From: a virus
Lineage: Duplodnaviria; Caudoviricetes
Direction: 5' to 3' (one strand)
IMG/VR virus record: IMGVR_UViG_3300022923_000005
Location: 68,572 to 132,571 of that record
DNA length: 64,000 nucleotides
Both the position numbers and the translations under genes were made by a program. Shown here one piece after another: positions 38,867 to 46,743 of the stretch. Below the pieces are notes generated by a model. It did no database searches and was not told the DNA's origin. It saw nothing but the letters and a program-made list of their open reading frames with translations. Numbering within the stretch: the first letter of the stretch is position 1; every line of letters begins with the position of its first letter.

Positions 38867-39780
38867 AGCATTTTTCCTAGTTCAATTTTCTGTCTTGGCG
38901 TAAGTGTGTCTAGTTGTTTTTGTATATCCGCTGGAATCATTTTAGCACCCATAGCACCTGCGGCTGCACCTTTAGCAAATCCTGCTAGTCCACCTGACGC
39001 TGCTTGTCCGTCAAAACTAGTATCAGAAGTTTTTGCTTGTCCACCTTGATCACGTGCAATAGCATCTTGCACTGCTGCATAAAATACATCGTCAAGTTGT
39101 CCACTTGACAGTCCTTCCATCAGTGTACCTACATTTGAAAAATCTATGCTTTGATTTACTACAGCCTTGTTACCACTTGGTGGTACAATTTTCTTTTTGC
39201 CCATACTTTTTACATTTACGGCGTCTTTAGGATCAGGTTCTGTTGTAGTTGGTGCAGTAGTTGTTGCACCCTGAGGCGCAGTTTTCTGTGTATTAGCGTC
39301 TGTATTAGGCGCAGTTTTCTGTGCATCTGCTGGTTGTTGTGTTGCATCTGCTTTATTATCTGTATTTGTTTTCTTAAGGTTAGCAGCGGCACCTGCAACT
39401 GCACTTCCTGCTGCTGCAATACCTTTGCCAAGAGCGCCAACGGCCTTAACCGGCGCAGCCGCCGCTTTTCCTAAAGCGGAGCCTACTTTAGCACCTGTTG
39501 TAACCTTTTTCATTGCTTCTTTAGCACTATCTGTAGGATAACCATTTTTAGCAAGCCAGTTTAGTACCATATCAGGCGTTGCACCTTCACCCTTATCTTG
39601 AGTTCCTAGGTACTTCATAAATTCTTTTTTCATTAAGTTGGCTTCTTTGCCAAGTTCAAGACGTCCTGCTGCTTTGTCACTGCCTACTTTTGCAAGTGCC
39701 TTGTCTTTAATCGTGGATAAAAAGCCCTTGGGTTTTTCATCTAGACGATCTGTTTCTACTAAAATCTCATTAAGACGCAT
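38863..39780 (-). CDS. Probable head-packaged protein, 305 aa
   Basis: MRLNEILVETDRLDE N-terminus; G.PTDS motif shared with the downstream 825-aa protein; late promoter at 39825-39819. Confidence 0.45.
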   Translation of the reverse strand: MRLNEILVETDRLDEKPKGFLSTIKDKALAKVGSDKAAGRLELGKEANLMKKEFMKYLGTQDKGEGATPDMVLNWLAKNGYPTDSAKEAMKKVTTGAKVGSALGKAAAAPVKAVGALGKGIAAAGSAVAGAAANLKKTNTDNKADATQQPADAQKTAPNTDANTQKTAPQGATTTAPTTTEPDPKDAVNVKSMGKKKIVPPSGNKAVVNQSIDFSNVGTLMEGLSSGQLDDVFYAAVQDAIARDQGGQAKTSDTSFDGQAASGGLAGFAKGAAAGAMGAKMIPADIQKQLDTLTPRQKIELGKML

Positions 39781-39818
39781 TATAATTCTCTCGTAAGTGC
39801 TATACTTTTACTTAGTGT

Positions 39819-39825
39819 TATTTAT
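39819..39825 (-). promoter_or_regulatory. Late promoter ATAAATA
   Basis: Upstream of the 39780 start. Confidence 0.6.
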
Positions 39826-39836
39826 TTCTAATCAAT

Positions 39837-40275
39837 CGTTTAAAGAGATCTAAAGATCTCTAGCGTTTTCGCTAACGCTCAACGCTTTTTCTTCCCTAAA
39901 CGTTTGTGTAGTTGTATTATTTAAATTACGAAGTAATTTTTTAGCATCATCTAGATATTTGAGCCACAATTCGCCCGTTGCCGGACGAATAAGTGTGGAT
40001 AACATCATCTGAGTTATCGTCGCCACACCTGTTAAAGAAGATTACATATAATATGTACGGAGGCGGCAGACCGTCAACCCCCTACTTCAGCATTCGCAAT
40101 ATCCGCGGAAAGCAGTTAATCCCTAACAGTCGAAATTACTTGCTTTGTGGTTGTATCTTTTTCACAGCGCCACATCTTTTATGCCTAAGTTAGCATTGTC
40201 CTTGCAACACGCCAGTATCTGAACCGGGTATTTCACCGTTCCTCAAGACGAGTCGAGCATCCCCGACCAAACTTT
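39837..40275 (-). ncRNA. Candidate large structured non-coding RNA, family not recognised
   Basis: About 46% GC over 39961-40260 by hand count; many stems; GCAA tetraloop and G-U pairs consistently favour the minus strand; loop-to-distal pairing suggests a pseudoknot; no credible ORF. Confidence 0.6.
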
Positions 40276-40293
40276 GTTGCTATGTAAAATTGA

Positions 40294-40746
40294 TTAAGCC
40301 TTGTTTTTGATGTGTCGTTCTAGAAGTGCCTGCCGTAGTTTGTCTGAACCGCCTACTCTAACGTTGATAATTCCGTTATAGTACTCTTCTGATTCTAATA
40401 CTCTACGGTCAAATTGTTCTCTAGCCTCGAGATAGGACATTTCGCCCCTGCCTGTACATAGGTATAATATTTCTCTAGTAAAATTTTGTGGCCCTAATGC
40501 GTCTACATCTGCTTGAAGTTTATCAGACGAACCCCAATAGTCCTTCCAATCACTTTCTTTGTATCCGCGTCTCTTGTTTTTTTTGCCTTTTAGTGGTGGC
40601 TTTGTAGTTTTAAACTTGGCTAGTTTTTTGCCTATGTATTTTTTATTGTTGGTCTTGTTGGTAATTAGGTATACAAACCCTTCATATTCGTCAGGAATAC
40701 TATCTAGGGGTTTGTTATTAAATGTCCAACTCGGATTCTCCATCAC
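40294..40746 (-). CDS. Stand-alone GIY-YIG nuclease (Seg-like catalytic domain)
   Basis: GFVYLITN..N.KKYIGKK, YWGSS, F.REIL, E...Q, YYN; no C-terminal DNA-binding extension. Confidence 0.8.
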   Translation of the reverse strand: MMENPSWTFNNKPLDSIPDEYEGFVYLITNKTNNKKYIGKKLAKFKTTKPPLKGKKNKRRGYKESDWKDYWGSSDKLQADVDALGPQNFTREILYLCTGRGEMSYLEAREQFDRRVLESEEYYNGIINVRVGGSDKLRQALLERHIKNKA

Positions 40747-40975
40747 TCTTACTTACTTTTGATGGTCTTCCTACCTTGCCTTTTCTGGCTTGTTTACGAT
40801 CTTGCCTCTTTGATTGTATTTCGTTACGTCTTATACTTGCGTGTCGCCTAATTTCTGATAACCAAAATCTTGCCTTAATGCCTGCTTCGTCACTTCCTTT
40901 ATATTCAAACCGATCTTGCCACTTAAAGTAGTTTTGAAACGCTTCAATCATTTCGTCGTGACTGTCTGTACTCAT
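40718..40975 (-). CDS. Small basic protein, Hc1 (histone H1-like)-type
   Basis: FEYKGSDEAGIKARFWLSEIRRHASIRRNEI resembles the Hc1 F..KGNKAAG.RARK.L.E core; KVGRPSK AT-hook-like tail. Confidence 0.45.
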   Translation of the reverse strand: MSTDSHDEMIEAFQNYFKWQDRFEYKGSDEAGIKARFWLSEIRRHASIRRNEIQSKRQDRKQARKGKVGRPSKVSKSDGESELDI

Positions 40976-41520
40976 CTTAAATTTGGGCCTGTAAAAAATA
41001 ATGCCATTGACTTCCTAATACCAGAAGTTACTGGAGTTACTTTATGCTGTATCCAACTAGGAAACACTAAAAGTGATCCTGGTTTGTTAAATTCTGGAAT
41101 TGGCCACTCTCCATTTATAAAAAGTTTGAATTCTCCGCCTTCATATTCTGTGTCGCTACAGTTTAATAGGGCAGTTAACTTAATATCATACTGTTCTTCT
41201 AATACACCGTCGCCGTGCCAACTATATTCGCCTTTGTAGTATGCATCATATTCATTGTAAAGCATTGTAGTGAAGTTATTTGGTTGATACAAATCAAATC
41301 CAAAGTTGTATTTGTTAATATCGTAAACAATGTTTACAATTCTATCTACATCTTGTTTCAATTCACCATATTGCATTACACCTACACGACTTGTTTTCTT
41401 AACACCGTCAGCAGGTTCGTCAAATCCATCATTTACAATCTTGCTTTTGAACGTTTCAACCAGTTGTGGTAGTTGTTCTTGTGGGTGTGCATCTGGTGAA
41501 CAAAAGTAACTTACCTTCAT
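40972..41520 (-). CDS. 2OG-Fe(II) oxygenase (prolyl-4-hydroxylase-like)
   Basis: YSWHGD, KLTALL, EYEGGEF, GSLLVFPSWIQHKVTPVTSGIRKS. Confidence 0.85.
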   Translation of the reverse strand: MKVSYFCSPDAHPQEQLPQLVETFKSKIVNDGFDEPADGVKKTSRVGVMQYGELKQDVDRIVNIVYDINKYNFGFDLYQPNNFTTMLYNEYDAYYKGEYSWHGDGVLEEQYDIKLTALLNCSDTEYEGGEFKLFINGEWPIPEFNKPGSLLVFPSWIQHKVTPVTSGIRKSMALFFTGPNLR

Positions 41521-43295
41521 TGCACAATCTCTACATCATTTGAGTAACTTGTAAAGCCGTTCTCTTTAATAACTTTCAATACGTGATTAACACGGCCTGC
41601 TAAATCATCTCTATGCGAGATCAAAAATACATTTTTGTTACGTTCACGTGTCATTTTCTTAAGAATACTAATACTACTTTCTACACCAGCACTATCCATA
41701 CCACTATCAACAAGTTCATCAATAAACAATAAATTAATGCCGTGATATAATGATTCCCAAACGTCTCTAAATGCCCAACTTAGACTTAAAATGAGTCTAT
41801 TTCGCTCACCTCTACTGAGGTTATCGAAGTCTAAGTCCTGTCCTAGTTGTGTAATAACCACCGTTAAATCGTTCTGAAACTCTACAATGTGCGGTAATCC
41901 TACCTTTGCCAAGTAGTAAGTTAAGCGTTGATTTAGATATGCTAAGTTCTGTTCAATAATCTTTTTACGAACAAAACTATCTTTGTTTGTAAGAAGTTTG
42001 TATAAGAAATCCATATGATCTTTTACTTTGCTTAGATCATTAAGTTCTTCAAAACTTACTTCTTGTAATGCAGTTTCTTTTAAATCATCAATCTGTTCAA
42101 GATATGGATTTTCTTCTGCCTTCTTTTGTTCTAATTCTTTCTGTAAACTTTCAACTGTGTTACGATGATTGTATGCTTCTTCAACACTATCATATTGTGT
42201 TGTAGGACACGCTTCTAGTTCACCGATATCAGCAACTACTTTTGCGTGTTCTTGATACTGTGTTTCATTTGACACTATTTGTTGTGCTGCTTCTTGTAGC
42301 AATGCTTCTTTACTTTTCAGTATTTCGTCTTGTTTGTCATCGTGTAATTCTTGTCCACAAGCATAACACTTGTGATCTTTAAGATCAGCAATTTCTTTGT
42401 CTAGTTTATTAATTACTTTTTCTTGTTTTTGATTGTCAGCAGTAATATTTGCCATCCAACGTTGTGCTTCTTCCAACGAACGTTTCTTATCATTAAATGC
42501 TTCCCAACATTTGTGTGCTTCAATCTCTGCTTCAATGTCAATCTTTTCTAGTTTAGCAATTCCTGCTTCTAGTTCTGTAATATTTGTAAGTTTAGTATCT
42601 TCCCACATCTTTTGTTTGCGTTCTAAACTTTCGATGTTTGCTTGTATTCTTTCATTAGATGCTTTTACAGTTTCTATTCTTGTGTTCTCTGCATTTATTG
42701 CATCTCTATTAATGCGCATTTTTTCTTTAAGTTGATCTGCTTTCTCAGAAAGCATAGTAATACCTAGCAACTGCTCAATAATGTTGCGTTGGTCATTATT
42801 CTTCATACTTAAGAAAGGCTCTGTGTAAGTGTTAAGTGCTAGAATATGCTTGAACATATCGTGGCTCATACCAAACAAGTCTTCAATTGACTTTTGTGTT
42901 TCTCTACTGTCGCCTTGCGCTTCATTTAGATCACTAGGATCTTGTTCTGTGCCGTTAACTACAAATTTAAGAATATTTGGTTTACGTCCTCTATGAATAG
43001 AATAATCAACGCCATTCTTTTCAAAGTCAATACTAACTAACATTCCTTTGCCATTAATCTTGTTAATAAGATTATCTCGCTTAATATTAGTAAGTGCATT
43101 GCCGTAAATTGCATAACTTAGTGCATTGACGATAGTTGTTTTACCAGTGCCGTTTCTGGAACCGCTATCGTCTCCGCCTAAGTCTAGATTTTCACCTAGC
43201 ACTAGTGTAAGTTCTCCTTTGTCAAAATCAATTGCTTGAGTTTGATTACCTACACTCATAAAGTTTTTAACTGTTATATTTTTAATTTTTATCAT
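41517..43295 (-). CDS. gp46: Recombination endonuclease ATPase subunit (Rad50/SbcC; T4 gp46)
   Basis: KNFMSVGN, NGTGKTT Walker A, CYAC zinc hook, LSRGE signature, LFIDE Walker B, ISH. Confidence 0.93.
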   Translation of the reverse strand: MIKIKNITVKNFMSVGNQTQAIDFDKGELTLVLGENLDLGGDDSGSRNGTGKTTIVNALSYAIYGNALTNIKRDNLINKINGKGMLVSIDFEKNGVDYSIHRGRKPNILKFVVNGTEQDPSDLNEAQGDSRETQKSIEDLFGMSHDMFKHILALNTYTEPFLSMKNNDQRNIIEQLLGITMLSEKADQLKEKMRINRDAINAENTRIETVKASNERIQANIESLERKQKMWEDTKLTNITELEAGIAKLEKIDIEAEIEAHKCWEAFNDKKRSLEEAQRWMANITADNQKQEKVINKLDKEIADLKDHKCYACGQELHDDKQDEILKSKEALLQEAAQQIVSNETQYQEHAKVVADIGELEACPTTQYDSVEEAYNHRNTVESLQKELEQKKAEENPYLEQIDDLKETALQEVSFEELNDLSKVKDHMDFLYKLLTNKDSFVRKKIIEQNLAYLNQRLTYYLAKVGLPHIVEFQNDLTVVITQLGQDLDFDNLSRGERNRLILSLSWAFRDVWESLYHGINLLFIDELVDSGMDSAGVESSISILKKMTRERNKNVFLISHRDDLAGRVNHVLKVIKENGFTSYSNDVEIVQ

Positions 43296-44302
43296 AGGTC
43301 TCGATAAATCTCCGTAAGCATACGCTTGTCATAAGAGTCGCTGTCTAACTGTTCGATTTGATTCATTACAATAGTATCAACACTTTCAAATGACAAATCG
43401 ATAGGATCGATATTTGATTCCACTTCTACTTTTTCTGGAATCAACATAAGTTCACGTAGTTTAAATTGTGGAATAAACTGTTCCTTGATAAAGTTTGCTT
43501 CTTCAAAAGTAATCTGCACATCAATAGTAACTCGACAGTGCATATTTTCTTTTAGATGATCTTCTGGCTTTTCTAAAAGTTGACTTAGTCTAAATGTTCT
43601 AAACACAGGTTGCTTAGGCCAAGTTTTATATTCAGGCACTCCGCCCCAGTCTAAGAACATCATACCACGTTCGTCATCCCACGCATCTGCATAGTTGTGT
43701 GGAAATGCATTACCAATATACGTTACATTGCCTTTTGTTTGCCGTTTATGAAAGTGTCCACTAAACACATATTCTTGATTGACAAAATGATCAGGTTGCA
43801 GTTCTCCGTGATCAGGCATCTCAACCATTGCATTCATTTTAAAGTATGGCAGTTCGAAGTGACCAAACACGTATCTACTTTTTATATTCTTTACTGCTTT
43901 CCATTCTTCTCCAACAAGCCAAGGCAACAGTGTAACATCGCCTTCTGTTAGTTGTTCAGTAATAGGAACAATGTTAGGAAATAGTCGCATAAACTCAACA
44001 CTATTGATTTCACGTTTGTCTTTATAGAATAAATCGTGATTACCTACCATAAAGTAAGTTTTCTCAAATGTTTCGTTTAGTCTTTCTAGATTAGAAACTG
44101 TATAGTTCATTGTGCTGACATCTGTTGTCGCACGGTTATGATGCCAATCACCTAAAAATATACAAGTCTCAGCACCAGCGGCTTTTGCTTCTTCACAAAA
44201 CCATTTTACAAATTCCTCACAATCCATATTGTGAGTCCTACTACCACTTTTCATTCCAAAGTGAATATCTGTGAAGCAGGCTGCTTTCTTAAATAACGGC
44301 AT
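43292..44302 (-). CDS. gp47: Recombination nuclease subunit (Mre11/SbcD; T4 gp47)
   Basis: TDIHFG, FLGDW, VGNHD, FGHFE, SGHFH metallophosphoesterase motifs. Confidence 0.93.
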   Translation of the reverse strand: MPLFKKAACFTDIHFGMKSGSRTHNMDCEEFVKWFCEEAKAAGAETCIFLGDWHHNRATTDVSTMNYTVSNLERLNETFEKTYFMVGNHDLFYKDKREINSVEFMRLFPNIVPITEQLTEGDVTLLPWLVGEEWKAVKNIKSRYVFGHFELPYFKMNAMVEMPDHGELQPDHFVNQEYVFSGHFHKRQTKGNVTYIGNAFPHNYADAWDDERGMMFLDWGGVPEYKTWPKQPVFRTFRLSQLLEKPEDHLKENMHCRVTIDVQITFEEANFIKEQFIPQFKLRELMLIPEKVEVESNIDPIDLSFESVDTIVMNQIEQLDSDSYDKRMLTEIYRDL

Positions 44303-44320
44303 TCTTTACTCCTATACTAC

Positions 44321-44349
44321 ATTTTATAGTAGTTTTGTTCATAAGTCAA
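44321..44349 (-). promoter_or_regulatory. Sigma70-type promoter for gp47-gp46 operon
   Basis: Minus strand TTGACT-17 nt-TAAAAT, then AGGAG RBS. Confidence 0.65.
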
Positions 44350-45188
44350 GACTTTTTCTTAGGTGCAGGCACTGCTTTGGGTGGATTCTGACTGTCACCT
44401 CTACCTTGCTCTTGTCTAGTCCAACTTGGATTCATTCCATTCATTTCTAAAATATCGTCTCTAATATTTTGGTTACGTTTTTCGATATTGATGATACGTA
44501 CAAAACTATTAGTAACAGCAGCGGTATAGTAAGCAAAAGGATTATTACTCTTAGATTCATCAAACTGTAGTCCTATCTGTGCCAACTGTAATATTGCTTG
44601 GCCTTTCATTTCGTCATTGTAAGTGTAACCACGTACATTACCACGTGTTGCATATCTATCACACAACTTCATCCACATCCTTGCAAGATCATTTGTCGCT
44701 TTGCCACATTTTCCGTCAAAGTATCCGTTTTCCATTCCTCCAACCCAATGGCTTTTTCCTACACAGATTAAGTTACCCTTTTCATCAAACTTCCAATGTT
44801 GGAAAGGTGGAAAGTTTACTTTTACGTGATGATCTGCCACAGTCTTTTTTGTTTTCTTGCGTGTTAAATCTTCTGGTACGTGTTCAAATGTCATTACTCT
44901 GAAAACTACATCTTCTTTTGCAATCTTTCTATAATCAATTTCAAACTGTTTTGCTGGTATCTTCTTACCGGCTGCTTCAACTGCGTCAGCGTGTGCTTGT
45001 TTTGCTAATCTGGCTGCACGGTTACGTTTTGCTTCTGCTGTAGTTCTAATGTTAATTTTTTCAAGACTTGGTACAATTAAGTCGTATTGGTTGTAATCAG
45101 GGTCGACAAATGAACAGAATGTGTTCTTACTGCGGTGTATTTCAGCAAGTAGGTCCTTATTCGTCAAATAGTTTGTTCGTTTTGCCAT
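44346..45188 (-). CDS. gp55: Late transcription sigma factor (T4 gp55 family) with large insertion
   Basis: NYLTNKDLL.EI, N.RGYTY.DEM, FDESKS.NPFAYYT....NSF.R.I..EK; adjacent to gp47 as in T4-like phages. Confidence 0.85.
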   Translation of the reverse strand: MAKRTNYLTNKDLLAEIHRSKNTFCSFVDPDYNQYDLIVPSLEKINIRTTAEAKRNRAARLAKQAHADAVEAAGKKIPAKQFEIDYRKIAKEDVVFRVMTFEHVPEDLTRKKTKKTVADHHVKVNFPPFQHWKFDEKGNLICVGKSHWVGGMENGYFDGKCGKATNDLARMWMKLCDRYATRGNVRGYTYNDEMKGQAILQLAQIGLQFDESKSNNPFAYYTAAVTNSFVRIINIEKRNQNIRDDILEMNGMNPSWTRQEQGRGDSQNPPKAVPAPKKKS

Positions 45189-45236
45189 ATTTTTATTCTC
45201 CTGTATGAATTAATATAATAGCACATTTCTCTTGAA

Positions 45237-45243
45237 ATAAATA
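45237..45243 (+). promoter_or_regulatory. Late promoter ATAAATA for the baseplate operon
   Basis: Upstream of 45271. Confidence 0.65.
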
Positions 45244-45270
45244 GAGTTATAATAAGGAAATTTTACCAAA

Positions 45271-46443
45271 ATGTTAAATATTAATCCGTTAGCAAAATTA
45301 ACCACACAAGTCAACAGTTCCATTGCGGCTGATATCGCTGCTGCAACACAAAAAGCAAAAGGTGCTATAGCAGTTGCAGGCAATTTGCAAGATAAAATTG
45401 CACTTGATGGAAAGATTGACCAATTAGCAGGTGGTGTTACCAGTGGTCTCAACCAAGCAGCAGCAGGTGCAAACGTTGCAGGCTTACTTGGCGGCGCAGA
45501 ATCTGCGATGCAAACAGGTCTTGGTAAAACAATTACATCAGCCGTTGGTTCAAACGCACTTGGAAATGCAGCAGAAGCAGTTGGCTCTCTATCTAATGTA
45601 AGTAATGTGTTTGGCGGTGTAGCATCAACAATTGAGCAAACAGCGGGAGATATTTCCGGTGCTCTTACCAAATTGACTGGCGGGGACTTAGCAGGCGGCT
45701 TTAAAGACATTGCAAGTGCCATTGGGCAAACTGCCGGCAACTTGAATGATATTTTAAGTTTAAAACGTGGCGCCAACTTACCTCCAGGTGGTGAATTGTT
45801 TACTACAGCAGGTGAAAAGATTAAACTTAACCCTAGTGCCGAAAATGACTGGCGTGTAAAAATTAGTTGTAATTGGAAGATATTTAATAGTCCATTGTTT
45901 TCAGTTTTAGAAAAAACTGGAGGTGTTACTTGGCCAGTATTACCTACAATGGAAATTAGAACAACCGCAAACTATTCAGAATTAGCACCAGTACATAATA
46001 ATTATCCTTATCTTGCTTACAAGAACTCACAAGTGGACGCAATTAGTATTAGTGGTGACTTTATTTGTGAAACTGAACAAGATGCAGCATATTGGATTGC
46101 AGCAACAACATTCTTTAGAACAGTCACTAAAATGTTTTATGGCCAAGGAGAAAACACAGGTAATCCTCCGCCGGTATGTATGTTAAACGGTTATGGTAGT
46201 ATGATGTTTCATAATACTCCGGTAGTAGTAAAAAGTTTTTCTGTTAGTATGCCTAACGATGTTAACTATATTAAAGTAAGTCCAAACCTTACAAACAGTG
46301 ATAGACCTACTTGGGTTCCTATCAAGAGTAATGTAACTGCTGAAGTACAACCTATCTACAACAGAGCAAGTATGAGAAAATTCAGTTTACAACAATACGC
46401 CGCTGGACAGATGTCTGGTAAAGGCGGAGTAGGATACTTCTAA
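45271..46443 (+). CDS. Tail tube initiator / baseplate protein (gp48/gp54-like)
   Basis: Ala/Gly-rich N-half; GNPPPVC.LNGYG..MF...PVVVKSFSV tube-fold motif; sits before the LysM-like wedge gene. Confidence 0.6.
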   Translation: MLNINPLAKLTTQVNSSIAADIAAATQKAKGAIAVAGNLQDKIALDGKIDQLAGGVTSGLNQAAAGANVAGLLGGAESAMQTGLGKTITSAVGSNALGNAAEAVGSLSNVSNVFGGVASTIEQTAGDISGALTKLTGGDLAGGFKDIASAIGQTAGNLNDILSLKRGANLPPGGELFTTAGEKIKLNPSAENDWRVKISCNWKIFNSPLFSVLEKTGGVTWPVLPTMEIRTTANYSELAPVHNNYPYLAYKNSQVDAISISGDFICETEQDAAYWIAATTFFRTVTKMFYGQGENTGNPPPVCMLNGYGSMMFHNTPVVVKSFSVSMPNDVNYIKVSPNLTNSDRPTWVPIKSNVTAEVQPIYNRASMRKFSLQQYAAGQMSGKGGVGYF

Positions 46444-46742
46444 TGGCAAAATACGATAATGCATCACACTATAGTAACACTCCAACAAAAGGTTTCTATT
46501 TAGACTTATTCCAAGCCAGACCAGTACCCAGAGAAGCAGATGATTTTGTATATACTATTGAAAGCCAATACAATCATCGTCCAGATTTATTAGCATATGA
46601 TCTTTATGGGAATGAAAAACTTTGGTGGGTATTTGTGCAAAGAAATATGGAAATTCTTAAAGATCCAATATATGATTTTGAAACCGGAGTTCAAATACAG
46701 ATTCCAAAAGATTCAAATCTTAAAAAATATTTAGGAGTCTAA
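46443..46742 (+). CDS. gp53: Baseplate wedge protein, LysM-like (gp53-like)
   Basis: RPDLLAYDLYGN..LWWVF..RN.....P. Confidence 0.8.
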   Translation: MAKYDNASHYSNTPTKGFYLDLFQARPVPREADDFVYTIESQYNHRPDLLAYDLYGNEKLWWVFVQRNMEILKDPIYDFETGVQIQIPKDSNLKKYLGV

Positions 46743-46743
46743 C

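Noticed and set aside
39993-40193. 66-aa plus-strand ORF in the non-coding gap
   Set aside because: No RBS, atypical composition, antisense to the surrounding operon; better explained as structured RNA on the other strand.
39781-40293. tmRNA, RNase P, tRNA, group I/II intron, CRISPR or TIGR-type array, or retron ncRNA
   Set aside because: No tRNA-like ends or CCA, no GAGGAAAGUCC, no interrupted gene, no regularly spaced repeats and no RT nearby. A formal Rfam search is still needed.
40294-40746. Intron-encoded or mobile homing endonuclease
   Set aside because: Not inside a gene, lacks DNA-binding extensions, and is tightly coupled to the upstream operon.
28236-43295. Inteins or introns in gp21, portal, gp46
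   Set aside because: Lengths and motif spacing are ordinary; no C/S...HN intein ends or LAGLIDADG motifs seen.
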